Virus record (IMG/VR): IMGVR_UViG_3300025154_000007
Source of the DNA: an uncultured virus (IMG/VR IMGVR_UViG_3300025154_000007)
Lineage: Duplodnaviria > Heunggongvirae > Uroviricota > Caudoviricetes
DNA length: 64,000 bases
Reading direction: 5' to 3' (one strand)
Made by a program: the position numbers and the translations under genes. A model generated the notes under the pieces. The model saw nothing but the letters and a program-made list of their open reading frames with translations, was not told the origin of the DNA and did not search any database. Positions 10,066 to 19,716 of this stretch are shown piece after piece; position 1 is the stretch's first letter; each line of letters opens with the position of its first letter.

Positions 10066-12699
10066 ATGCAACTAGGATTTTTTGAAGAAGAAGTAAAAAT
10101 AATAGAATCTAAAACAGTACTAAAGCCCAGAATAAAAAAAGAACCGGTTTTCAATTGTACCAAATGCGGATTATCCCAAAGTTGTAAATCTCCTCAAATG
10201 GCTGTACACGGAAAAGGTAAATTATCTATTCTAATCATCGGAGAATATCCAGGCCAAAGTGACGATAAAAATAATAAACAATTTACCGGAGAAGTTGGAA
10301 GATTACTAAAAGAAATAATCAATGAATTAGGATACGATTTATACCAAGATTTTTATACCACTAATGCCGTTCGATGTTTTCCAGGCCTGGATAAAGACAA
10401 AGTAAAATTACCAAAACCGATACAAATCGCCTCATGCCGTAAGTTTCTATTAAAAGATATTGAAGAAACAAACCCCAAAGTTATTATTCCTTTAGGAAAA
10501 CTGGCCGTTGACGGATTGATCGGTCATCGGTTATCGGGACGAATTTCAAACACTACTATTACAGATTGGGCTGGATTGAATATACCTGATCAAGAATTGA
10601 AAAGATATATTTGCCCTTCCTGGAATCTGCAAATGATTTTGCGCGGGAATAATCAAACCGATGTTGTACTTTATAAACAATTAAAGGCACATATTAAAAA
10701 GGCCATTGAATTGGCAGAAAAGCCTTTTTATATTTCCAATTACGGCTCCGAAATAATATCCATTACTGCCGTAAAAGAAGCAACTGATATAGTAAAAAGA
10801 ATTACTGAAAATAAAGTTAATGAAGCGATAGCATTTGACTATGAAGCTACCGGAATAAAACCGTATAGAAAAGGCCATGAAATAGTTTGCGCGTCTGTAT
10901 CAGATGGACTATTCGCGTACTCATTCCCATTTTTTAATGATGAAGAATTTAGAACTGCCTGGAAAGAATTAATGCAATCTGACGTAAATAAAATAATTCA
11001 TAATAGTAAATATGAAAATATATGGACTAAGATACGATCAGGATTCAATAATAAAGGAAGCTCCTGGATAAAGAATATAATTTCCGATACAATGCTGGAT
11101 GCTCATATTATCCATAATCAAAAGAAAGTCAATTTAAAGTTTTGGGTATACGCGAAATTCGGTGTATTAGGGTATGATTCTGAAATTGATCCGTATCTTG
11201 AATGCAGTAAGGAAGAAAAAGATAAATACGGCGCAAACGGATTCAATCGAATAAAAGAATTCCCTATTGAAAAATTATTGACTTATAACGGGCTTGATTC
11301 CTTTTTTACTTATAAATTGTGGGAAATCCAACAAACAGAATTAAATAATTTGACTAGGCAAGGATCGGAATTCTTTTTGGAAAGTTCCTTTGAATTAAGC
11401 AAAGCTGAAAATAATGGGATGTTACTAGATACTGAAAATGCCAAATTAGAATTTAAAAGATTAACGCGTAAACTAAATAAAATAGAATCGGGCGTAAGGA
11501 AATCTGAAGAAATAAAAAAATGGGATAAAACAAAAAATGGCAAGCCGGTTGAATTTGCTTTATCCAACACAAATCACTTGACACATTTACTTTTCAATTG
11601 CATGAAAGTAAAATACGATAAAAATAATATCACTTCTACTGGAAGGCCAAAAGGCGATATCGAAGCATTGGGAAAATATGATGATCAAATAGTAAAAGAT
11701 GTTTTATTATGGCGTAAATATAAAAAAGTGCGTGATACAAATTTAAATGGTTTTATTAAAGAAGGGACTGATAGCATCATTCATACGTCATTAAACTTAC
11801 ACGTAGCAAATACCTATAGAAGTTCATCAAATGACCCAAACCTTCAAAACGTGCCCGTGCGCGAAATAGAAACTATGCAACTTTTACGAAAATTGATAAT
11901 AGCACGTCCAGGGCATAAATTAGGCGAATACGACTATAAGGCCATGGAAGCGGTAATCAACGCAATATATAATAAAGATCCAAATTGGATCAGGTATGTT
12001 ACCGATGCGTCAACTGATATGCATAGGGATATGGCCGCTAAAATATATATAAGAAAAAAAGCCGAAGTATTAAAATCAGAAAGACAAACGGCCAAAAGTA
12101 ATTTTGTATTTGCTACTGTTTACGGTTCTTATTGGAAAAATACTGCCGTAAATCTTTGGAACGAATGCGACGAAGAAACCAGAGTACATTTAAAGTCAAA
12201 AGGCGTCAGAAATATAAATGATATGCGGGAACATATGAAAAAAGTAGAGGCGTGGTTCTGGGAACAATTTCCTGTTGGCTATGAGTATAAAGAAAAAACA
12301 TTGCGGGATTATGAAAAGAAAGGATATATTGATTTATTGACCGGCTTCCGTTGCTATGGACCGATGACCAGAAACAAAATCTTGAATTATCGTGTACAAG
12401 GAACGGCTTCACATTGTAAATTATGGGCGTTGAAAAATATCAGTCAATTAATGCAGAAAAAGAAAATGAATAGTAAGATATTATTAGAAATTCATGATAG
12501 TATTTTACCCGATATCGATCCTGCCGAGGAAGATTATTTAGATTATCAAATGTGGTTATATGGAACGCAAAAGATTAGAGAAAATTTTGAATGGTTAATC
12601 GTGCCATTATTCATAGAGAAAAAGGTTAGTAAGTTGAATGGGAATTGGGCTGAGATGGAAAATAAAGGGTTACTTACAGGAGAATATTTCAATGCTTGA
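10066..12699 (+). CDS. family A DNA polymerase with N-terminal family-4 uracil-DNA-glycosylase-like domain and 3'-5' exonuclease
   Basis: UDG-like part: CTKCGL..C, IIGEYPG, TNAVRC. Exonuclease: FDYEATG, HNSKYE, YNGLDS. Polymerase: TYRSSSNDPNLQNVP, DYKAME, RQTAK..F...YG, NYRVQGTAS, IHDS. Start moved to ATG 10066 just after the upstream stop. Confidence 0.92.
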   Translation: MQLGFFEEEVKIIESKTVLKPRIKKEPVFNCTKCGLSQSCKSPQMAVHGKGKLSILIIGEYPGQSDDKNNKQFTGEVGRLLKEIINELGYDLYQDFYTTNAVRCFPGLDKDKVKLPKPIQIASCRKFLLKDIEETNPKVIIPLGKLAVDGLIGHRLSGRISNTTITDWAGLNIPDQELKRYICPSWNLQMILRGNNQTDVVLYKQLKAHIKKAIELAEKPFYISNYGSEIISITAVKEATDIVKRITENKVNEAIAFDYEATGIKPYRKGHEIVCASVSDGLFAYSFPFFNDEEFRTAWKELMQSDVNKIIHNSKYENIWTKIRSGFNNKGSSWIKNIISDTMLDAHIIHNQKKVNLKFWVYAKFGVLGYDSEIDPYLECSKEEKDKYGANGFNRIKEFPIEKLLTYNGLDSFFTYKLWEIQQTELNNLTRQGSEFFLESSFELSKAENNGMLLDTENAKLEFKRLTRKLNKIESGVRKSEEIKKWDKTKNGKPVEFALSNTNHLTHLLFNCMKVKYDKNNITSTGRPKGDIEALGKYDDQIVKDVLLWRKYKKVRDTNLNGFIKEGTDSIIHTSLNLHVANTYRSSSNDPNLQNVPVREIETMQLLRKLIIARPGHKLGEYDYKAMEAVINAIYNKDPNWIRYVTDASTDMHRDMAAKIYIRKKAEVLKSERQTAKSNFVFATVYGSYWKNTAVNLWNECDEETRVHLKSKGVRNINDMREHMKKVEAWFWEQFPVGYEYKEKTLRDYEKKGYIDLLTGFRCYGPMTRNKILNYRVQGTASHCKLWALKNISQLMQKKKMNSKILLEIHDSILPDIDPAEEDYLDYQMWLYGTQKIRENFEWLIVPLFIEKKVSKLNGNWAEMENKGLLTGEYFNA

Positions 12700-12853
12700 A
12701 TACGATAATGAAATATTGAAAATTACCGAAGAAACACAAATGGATTGGCCAAATGAGGTAATACGGTGTACGGAAACTGTTATAGCGTAAAAGCGCCATT
12801 ATTAAAAGAAATAAAAGAACAACGATCTATAATATTATCGTAAGGAGAAAACA

Positions 12854-13078
12854 ATGAAATTTAGTTTATTGGAATTTCGGTATGCCAAAAGGGAATATAC
12901 GTATCTTATTATTTTTGGTATTTACACTGAATATAGTTATGATAAAGTGCTTTTAGGTATTAGTATAAACCTTGATCCAGATTATAAAAAGAATAAAAGG
13001 ACTAAAATAATAGACTGGGATTTTTTATTTTTGCATTATTTACATAAGCGGTTTATTTCCAAAGAGGAAATATTATAA
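12854..13078 (+). CDS. hypothetical protein
   Basis: TCTATAATA motif then AAGGAG RBS; coupled to the clamp loader gene. Confidence 0.55.
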   Translation: MKFSLLEFRYAKREYTYLIIFGIYTEYSYDKVLLGISINLDPDYKKNKRTKIIDWDFLFLHYLHKRFISKEEIL

Positions 13079-14007
13079 TGGCAACTTTATATCAGAAGTA
13101 CAGACCGAAAACATTTGAAGACGTAATCGGAAATGAATCGTCAATAGCCGCGCTGGAAAAGGCGTTGACCAAAAAGAATCATTCCCATGTCTATCTTTTA
13201 TCCGGCCCGCCTGGAACCGGGAAAACCACCATTGCAAGAATAGCCGCCAATAAACTAGGCGCTACGGAAATGGATTTAAGAGAAATCAATTCCGCGAATG
13301 CCAGAGGAATAGAAACGGCTAGAGAAATTATTCAATCAATCCGTTATAACCCGCAAGGTGAAGCTATTGTTTATATACTAGATGAATGCCAAAAATTCAC
13401 AGGAGAGATGCAATCAGCACTATTAAAACCTTTAGAAGATACGCCCGAATCGGTTTACTTTTTTCTATGCACTACTGACCCAAGTAAGTTACTAAAAGCG
13501 ATTAAATCCCGCTGTACAGAGATAAAAACCACTGTTTTACCTATCGAAAAAATAGTATCGATCATTAGACGGGTAAACAAGCTGGAGGAGCTTGGTATAT
13601 CAAAAAACGTACTGGAATCCATAGCAAACAAGGCTGAGGGAAGCCCCAGAAACGCATTGGTGATGCTCGAACAGATATCCAATGCCGATTCCGACGAAGC
13701 TATAGAAAAAATACTTGATTCCAAAGGTAATGAGGATGATGCCGAAGTAATAGAATTGGCTAGGGCTTTATTGAACAGTAAAAATAACTGGAAAGATATA
13801 GCTATTATTCTTAGAAAATTAAAAGATAACGGGAAGCTAGACGATACCGAAACTATTCGTTATATTGTTTTAGGGTATATGAACGCAGTAATAATGAATG
13901 GAAGTTTAATGCCTCGTGCCGTAGCCGCCTTGGAAGCTTTCAGTGAGCCAACATATAACACCGGAAAAGCCGGAATAACTTTGGCATGTTTGCAAACAAT
14001 AAGTTGA
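13078..14007 (+). CDS. clamp loader AAA+ subunit (DnaX gamma/tau-like)
   Basis: LYQKYRPKTFEDVIG, GPPGTGKTT, ILDECQ, ALLKPLE, IKSRC, GSPRNAL. Confidence 0.92.
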   Translation: MATLYQKYRPKTFEDVIGNESSIAALEKALTKKNHSHVYLLSGPPGTGKTTIARIAANKLGATEMDLREINSANARGIETAREIIQSIRYNPQGEAIVYILDECQKFTGEMQSALLKPLEDTPESVYFFLCTTDPSKLLKAIKSRCTEIKTTVLPIEKIVSIIRRVNKLEELGISKNVLESIANKAEGSPRNALVMLEQISNADSDEAIEKILDSKGNEDDAEVIELARALLNSKNNWKDIAIILRKLKDNGKLDDTETIRYIVLGYMNAVIMNGSLMPRAVAALEAFSEPTYNTGKAGITLACLQTIS

Positions 14008-14274
14008 TTTTATGATAAAAAAGAAAGTTTTGATCTATAATATAAGTATAAGGAGATTTTAAATGAAGTATCTGGCAATCATATTGGTTATTATTAATGC
14101 TATACTTTTGATACTTATTACTATTTTATTTTGTATGAAAAGGCTTAAATTGGAAAATAAATGGTATTTTATCCCTTGGGCAAGTATAAATTTTATTTGC
14201 AGTGTTATTTTAGTATCAAGTTATAAATAATGGGTCTTAGGAATCCATTAAAATATTTTTCGGAGGATTAGAAA

Positions 14275-14835
14275 ATGGCTACTTGTAAGGAAATCGCTGA
14301 AAGTTCTGGTATTGACATCGCGTTTGTGAGGATCGCGGCAAAAAACAAGGGTTTTGAACTTCCGCGTGGCAGGAATCCCATGAATTTCAAGCCCAAGGAT
14401 ACTATTTCCATTACGTCCGAAGCCAAGAAGATTGCTGCTGCTGATGTCAAGGCAAAGGCCGCGAAGAAGGCTACCAAGGCTGAAAAGGTCGTTCCCAAGA
14501 AGGTTGAAAAGGTCGTCGTCGTCAAGAAGGGCAAGAAGGAAGAGCCGAAGCCCGAACCGAAAAAGGTCGCGAAGAAGGCGGTTGAAGAGGCTTCAGCGAA
14601 GAAGGCCGAAAAGCCCGCGCCCAAGAAGGTTGAAAAGGCTCCGGCAAAGAAAGCTGAAAAGCCTGCTCCGAAGGTCGCCAAGAAGACGGTACGGGAAAAG
14701 GTCCAGGATGATGAGCCTGAACTTGATATCGATGATGATCTTGATGACGAAGATGACGACGTGGAAGATGATCTGGAAGACGATGACGATGAAGATTTGG
14801 GCGATGATGACGAGGACGAGGAAGACGACGAATGA
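14275..14835 (+). CDS. Lys/Ala/Pro-rich histone-H1-like protein with Asp/Glu tail
   Basis: KKAEKPAPKK repeats followed by a long D/E run; GGAGG RBS; GC-richer codons than neighbours; followed by a terminator. Confidence 0.7.
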   Translation: MATCKEIAESSGIDIAFVRIAAKNKGFELPRGRNPMNFKPKDTISITSEAKKIAAADVKAKAAKKATKAEKVVPKKVEKVVVVKKGKKEEPKPEPKKVAKKAVEEASAKKAEKPAPKKVEKAPAKKAEKPAPKVAKKTVREKVQDDEPELDIDDDLDDEDDDVEDDLEDDDDEDLGDDDEDEEDDE

Positions 14836-14840
14836 ACTTT

Positions 14841-14877
14841 ATCCCGCTTGTCAATAAAATGACCGGCGGGATTTTTT
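14841..14877 (+). terminator. intrinsic terminator
   Basis: ATCCCGCT-TGTCA...TGAC-CGGCGGGAT stem followed by TTTTTT. Confidence 0.7.
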
Positions 14878-14926
14878 ACGTAAAAAGCCAAACCAAAATC
14901 TATAATATCAATAAGGAGTAAATATA

Positions 14927-15406
14927 ATGGCTAAAGAAGAGCGTCTATTTTCCGAAGATGTCAGAATAAATAAATATAAGCTTGAAATTGAATGTGAAAA
15001 ACAGGCAAGTATTTATTTTTATTGGGCTGAAAAGCTTGCCGATGCAAAGAATAAGTTGAATGAAAAAGAAGATGCGCTGAAATTGATAACCGCCCAAAAA
15101 GATTTGGAAATCAGAAAAAATTGGGAGGCGGAATATCTTGCGGTAAATGGAAAACAAACCGAGGCCGGGATAAAAGCGATATTGGAAAGTGAAATACAAT
15201 CAGCAAGGGAAAATATCCGCGATGCACAATCTGAGGTTAATTATTTGATCGCGGCGGTATCGGCAATGGATCATCGTAAATCAGAATTGGATAATTTAAC
15301 TACGTTATTGGTAAAAGGATTTTATGCAGCGCCGAATGGGGGGAAGCGTGAAGGGCCGGTTGAATTGACACAACGGGATATCAGAAAGAAACTGAGGAAG
15401 GAATAA
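14927..15406 (+). CDS. UvsY-like recombination mediator protein
   Basis: Helical protein (...TEAGIKAILE...A.SAMDHRKSELDNL) next to SSB and RecA-like genes. Confidence 0.6.
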   Translation: MAKEERLFSEDVRINKYKLEIECEKQASIYFYWAEKLADAKNKLNEKEDALKLITAQKDLEIRKNWEAEYLAVNGKQTEAGIKAILESEIQSARENIRDAQSEVNYLIAAVSAMDHRKSELDNLTTLLVKGFYAAPNGGKREGPVELTQRDIRKKLRKE

Positions 15407-15407
15407 A

Positions 15408-15695
15408 ATGAAAGGGTTGGCAATCATAGGTATTATTTTTATGTTAATATTGTCCGTTATTATTGACGGGATGATTCTTGTTATTTTATGGAACTGGTTT
15501 ATTGTTTCGTTGTTTAGTTTACCTGCATTGACTATTCCTTATGCAATCGGAATAAGTTCTATAATTTCTTATTTACGGCCATATACTAAAAGTGATAGTA
15601 ATAAAAAAAGTAGTATAACTGAATTAATTGGCGTAACAATAGCCAAGTCGGTTTTATTTTTACTATTCGGATATATTATCCATTTATTTATTTAA
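15408..15695 (+). CDS. membrane protein
   Basis: Three hydrophobic segments. Confidence 0.65.
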   Translation: MKGLAIIGIIFMLILSVIIDGMILVILWNWFIVSLFSLPALTIPYAIGISSIISYLRPYTKSDSNKKSSITELIGVTIAKSVLFLLFGYIIHLFI

Positions 15696-15705
15696 GGAAG
15701 GAAAA

Positions 15706-15978
15706 ATGAATAAAATTCGCAGAGGGCAGATTCAGGAAGCGATTGATCTGTTGGAAAATGCCAAAGGAATTATTGAAAGTTGTAAAGATGAAGAACAGGA
15801 ATATATTGATAATATGCCTGAACCGCTTCAAAATAGTGAAAGGGCCCAAAATGCTGAAAATGCTGTAAGTAATTTGGATGAAGCTGAGTATAATATTTCT
15901 GATATTATTGAAACTTTGGAGGACGCGGTTTCCAATATTGATAATGCTATAAATAGTGCCGAGCAGGCCAAAGAATGA
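15706..15978 (+). CDS. hypothetical acidic helical protein
   Basis: AAGGAAGG RBS; operon context. Confidence 0.65.
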   Translation: MNKIRRGQIQEAIDLLENAKGIIESCKDEEQEYIDNMPEPLQNSERAQNAENAVSNLDEAEYNISDIIETLEDAVSNIDNAINSAEQAKE

Positions 15979-16172
15979 AAGTACCGCCTGAAGTAACATT
16001 AAAAGTAAATATAACGGAGGTTCATTTTACCCGTAAATTCAATTTTGGCAATTATGAAACAATGGATATTGGGTATGTTGCAACAGTAGCGCCGAATCAA
16101 AAGCCGGAGGACGTAATCAAAGCGTTGGATTTAGAAACAATCAAATACAGAAAATGGAGAACAGAAAAGTGA
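15975..16172 (+). CDS. hypothetical protein
   Basis: ATGA overlap with the upstream gene and GTGA overlap with the downstream gene. Confidence 0.55.
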   Translation: MKVPPEVTLKVNITEVHFTRKFNFGNYETMDIGYVATVAPNQKPEDVIKALDLETIKYRKWRTEK

Positions 16173-17302
16173 AAAAGAAAAGCAAAAGCAACAGTTTGAA
16201 GAATAGAATGAAAAGAAGCTATGAAAATCGGGAAGGCCGCAGTAGATCATCCGCTTTAGATTTCAGTAAACTTGACGATATTAAATTTTTTGAACCAAAG
16301 CTAGATAAAAATTATATTGACATTGTTCCATATATAATTACTACAAAGAATGATCCTCTTATCCATTCAGGGGACGCTGAACTTAATGACCCATCATATA
16401 TGCTTGAATTGTATTTGCATACATTTATTGGCCCTACCCATGCGGAAATAATCTGCCCGAAATCCAATTTTTTTAAAGAATGCCCGATATGCAAACAAGC
16501 ACAAGAATTAAAAGATGCTGGGAAAAAAGATGACGCTGGTGAATTATGGCCTTCTTTGTTCTGTTATTATAATGTAATAGATAAAACTAAACCGGAAGAA
16601 GGTTTGAAAGTATTCAAGATAAAATTCAATAAATTTGAAAAACAATTGGTAACAGCCGCAAGGGTGGCAGCAACAATTGCAAATGATGATGAAGATGACA
16701 AACCAAGCAATAGCGCGGAAAATTATATTGATTTTAGCAGTATTGATGACGGTCAATCAATCAAGTTTTGGGGAGAAAATGTAACAAAAGCAATAAAAGG
16801 CAGACAATCAACATATCTTGAATTTTCAAATTTTACTTTTACAAAACGAAAAACTGCATTGGATGAATCTTTGATGGATGAAGCGGTAAAGTTTGATACT
16901 TTGATGAAGATTCAAACTCCCAAACAAATAGAAACCTTGCTATATGGCGAAGATAAAGAATCCGATGATGAAGATGAAAAGCCCAAGAAAGGCACTTCCA
17001 AAAAGAAACCCGATATTGATGACGATGATGAGGACGAACCGCCCAAGAAAACTTCAAAGAAACCTCCGGCCAAAAAGAAGCCGATTGAAGAGGACGACGA
17101 TGAAAAAGATGACGAGGACGATGAAGAAGAGGATACTGATGAAGATGCGGATGAGTCCGATGATGATACGGATGAGGAAGATGAAGCGGAGGAGGATAAC
17201 GAGGATGAGACTGACGATGATGAAGATGATGAGCCGCCCCCGGTAAAGAAAGGGAAAACCGTAATCGGGAAAAAGCCAGTGCCTCTAAAAAAAAAGAAGT
17301 AG
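16169..17302 (+). CDS. single-stranded DNA-binding protein, T4 gp32-like, with long acidic tail (may extend to 17427 by -1 frameshift)
   Basis: IDIVPY, LH.F.G, ICPK...ECPIC Zn motif, YNVID, DF...DG.SIKF, very acidic C-terminus; GTG start after GGAGA. Confidence 0.75.
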   Translation: MKKKSKSNSLKNRMKRSYENREGRSRSSALDFSKLDDIKFFEPKLDKNYIDIVPYIITTKNDPLIHSGDAELNDPSYMLELYLHTFIGPTHAEIICPKSNFFKECPICKQAQELKDAGKKDDAGELWPSLFCYYNVIDKTKPEEGLKVFKIKFNKFEKQLVTAARVAATIANDDEDDKPSNSAENYIDFSSIDDGQSIKFWGENVTKAIKGRQSTYLEFSNFTFTKRKTALDESLMDEAVKFDTLMKIQTPKQIETLLYGEDKESDDEDEKPKKGTSKKKPDIDDDDEDEPPKKTSKKPPAKKKPIEEDDDEKDDEDDEEEDTDEDADESDDDTDEEDEAEEDNEDETDDDEDDEPPPVKKGKTVIGKKPVPLKKKK

Positions 17303-17431
17303 AAAAAAATAAATGTCCGGCAGGGCATAAATTCGGATTAGATCATGACAAGTTCAAGGAGGATTGCGAAGAATGCGATATATGGGCTGAATGTATGAGA
17401 CGAAAAAATCAGTTGAAGAATAAATAAACGC

Positions 17432-17468
17432 ATATGGCGTCTATAATATAAGTAGACGCCATATTTTT
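17432..17468 (+). terminator. 12-bp perfect hairpin with T-tract; overlaps a TCTATAATA promoter motif
   Basis: ATATGGCGTCTA-taatataag-TAGACGCCATAT-TTTT. Confidence 0.65.
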
Positions 17469-17482
17469 ATAAGGATGATACC

Positions 17483-18571
17483 ATGACCAAAAAAGCATCG
17501 ATGGATATAGAAAAAACTATTTTGCATAAAGAAAAGGAAAGTAAATCGCGTATATGTTTTCCGACCGGATCGGATTTGATGGATATCCAGGTTGGCGGCG
17601 GTGTAACAAAGGGATATCCGGCTGGAAGGATAATAAATATAGTTGGCGATAAATCCAGCGGAAAAACATTCATGGCGATTGAAGTTATCGTTGCCGCGTA
17701 TTATAAATATAAAGAACGTATGAAATGGGTATACGATGATTGCGAATCCGGTTTTTCTTTTGATACCAAAAAACTATACGGCGTGGAAATAATGCCGTTG
17801 GATCAAAAGAAAAGGACAAAATCAAAAACAGTCGAATCCGCATATTGTAATATACGATTATTTCTTGAATCATTAAAAGATAATGAACTTGGTATTTACG
17901 TCATAGATTCTTTGGATTCGCTTAACGACAAGGAAGGCGAAAAAATAGCAGACGAGCAGTTCACAAAATTCAAGAAAAGGAAATTATCACCGCAGGAAAA
18001 AGAGGACAAAGAAAAAGGTTCTTACCGCATGGCGAAACCCAAATATTTGTCCAATACTTTTTTCCCTTCATTGTCTGATTTGATTGAAAAGAAAAATGCA
18101 TTATTGATTATCATATCTCAAGTCAGATGCAATCTTGATCCGATGAGTTTTGAAAAATATACGCGGGCTGGAGGAAAGGCAATGGATTTTTATTGCCATA
18201 CGGTTTTATGGCTTGCGAGTGTAGAAGATATAATAAAAAAAGGCATTCCGGTTGGAGCGGTTACAAAAGCAAAAAATGCGAAAAGCAAAACACCAAGGCC
18301 GAGGCGAAGCGTATTTGTAAAACTTTTATTCGATTATGGAATAGACAATATCCAAAGCAATGTAGATTATTTATATGATATTTTGACGCCAAGAGGGAAA
18401 TTGATAAAGAATCCATCCGGGGAATGGGATGGGGAAAATATGTCCCGGTTGAATCTTATAAAATATATCGAAGAACATAAACTTGAAAAAGAATTGAAAA
18501 AAAGGACGGCTGAAAAATGGGAAGCGATAGAGGAAAGCGTGAAGAGCAAACGGACTCCAAAATACCAATGA
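17483..18571 (+). CDS. RecA/UvsX-like recombinase
   Basis: PTGS..MD...GG, GRIINIVGDKSSGKT, DCE, VIDSLDSL, IISQVR, GGKAMDFY, K.AKSK...P, F.YGID. Confidence 0.9.
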   Translation: MTKKASMDIEKTILHKEKESKSRICFPTGSDLMDIQVGGGVTKGYPAGRIINIVGDKSSGKTFMAIEVIVAAYYKYKERMKWVYDDCESGFSFDTKKLYGVEIMPLDQKKRTKSKTVESAYCNIRLFLESLKDNELGIYVIDSLDSLNDKEGEKIADEQFTKFKKRKLSPQEKEDKEKGSYRMAKPKYLSNTFFPSLSDLIEKKNALLIIISQVRCNLDPMSFEKYTRAGGKAMDFYCHTVLWLASVEDIIKKGIPVGAVTKAKNAKSKTPRPRRSVFVKLLFDYGIDNIQSNVDYLYDILTPRGKLIKNPSGEWDGENMSRLNLIKYIEEHKLEKELKKRTAEKWEAIEESVKSKRTPKYQ

Positions 18572-18763
18572 AACTACATGAAGAAATGGGAATAACAAAA
18601 ACAGAAGCGTATGAGTTATGGCGAGATTATCAGTTATTGATACGAGTAAATAAAAATAGAAAAGATATAATACATTTTTTAAGTAAAAATTATAGCGTTA
18701 TTGCCTATTTTGCGGCATTGGCCCTAGAAATTGTTACGGTTGATTTAACTACAAAAGCGATAA

Positions 18764-19168
18764 TTGAAGGAATTAAAATTGATAAAGAAACTCAAGCGTA
18801 AAAAATTACCATCCATAAAAAGATTGCGGAACAAAATTGATCAATTGTTCAATAAATATATTCGGGAACGGGATAAAGCTTGTATTATAACCGGTGAAAC
18901 AAATGCATTATCCTGTTCACATTATTATGATAAAAAGAATAATCCTTTTCTTCGATGGGATGAACGGAATGCCCACGCAATGACAATAAAAATGCATTGG
19001 CTCCATCATCACGGAAGAGCGCCTGATTACGCCTTATGGATGTTTGAAAACAATTCCATGGAATTCATGAAGCAATTAGCTATTGATTCAAAAAAGCTGG
19101 TAAAATTGAACAGGAAAAATTATAATGATTTATTGAAATATTATCAGGATAAATTGGATAGCCTATGA
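18764..19168 (+). CDS. NinG/Rap-like recombination endonuclease
   Basis: D.LFNKYIRERD..CI.TG....CSHY......RWDERNAH pattern. Confidence 0.75.
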   Translation: MKELKLIKKLKRKKLPSIKRLRNKIDQLFNKYIRERDKACIITGETNALSCSHYYDKKNNPFLRWDERNAHAMTIKMHWLHHHGRAPDYALWMFENNSMEFMKQLAIDSKKLVKLNRKNYNDLLKYYQDKLDSL

Positions 19169-19674
19169 AAATATGGATAAGTTTGGTTTTGTTTTTTATT
19201 GCAGTATCATCGGGACCAAGCTCAACAAGCATTCCGGTGATAGAACCCAGAATAATAAAACATTATCAGACTTATTCCATACCCGAAAAATATCATTATA
19301 TTGTCATAAATAGCGCAAGCAAAAACGGAATACCGATATGGTTATTCTCAAGGTTGATAGAAAAAGAATCAAGCTGGAACCCAAAGGCGTACAGGAAAAA
19401 TAAAAATGGATCGAAGGATATCGGGATTGCTCAATTCAATAATAAATATATTGCTGATTATATCTGGTTTGATAATGATGGCAAAAAGTTTGATCCATGG
19501 AACGCCTTTGAATCCATTCCGGTAATGGCCAGATATCTGAAAAGATTATACGACGCTACAAGCGATTGGAGTTTGGCGGTATTGGCTTACAATGCCGGAT
19601 TAAGCCGGGTGCTTGAAAACAAAGTACCGAAAAGCAGTATGGAGCATATGGAAATTATTATGAAAATATATTGA
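19165..19674 (+). CDS. secreted lytic transglycosylase (SLT domain)
   Basis: N-terminal signal; ESSWNPKA, GS.DIGIAQFN, AVLAYNAG motifs. Confidence 0.88.
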   Translation: MKIWISLVLFFIAVSSGPSSTSIPVIEPRIIKHYQTYSIPEKYHYIVINSASKNGIPIWLFSRLIEKESSWNPKAYRKNKNGSKDIGIAQFNNKYIADYIWFDNDGKKFDPWNAFESIPVMARYLKRLYDATSDWSLAVLAYNAGLSRVLENKVPKSSMEHMEIIMKIY

Positions 19675-19716
19675 AATTTTCCTTTATTTTTTGATTAAAT
19701 GTTCTATAATATAAGT

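Noticed and set aside
14268..14891. Antisense and alternate-frame ORFs over the histone-like gene (also 16912..17328 and 16944..17246 over the SSB tail)
   Set aside because: Shadows of low-complexity K/D/E codons (poly-Ser/Phe or Met/Arg runs); no RBS.
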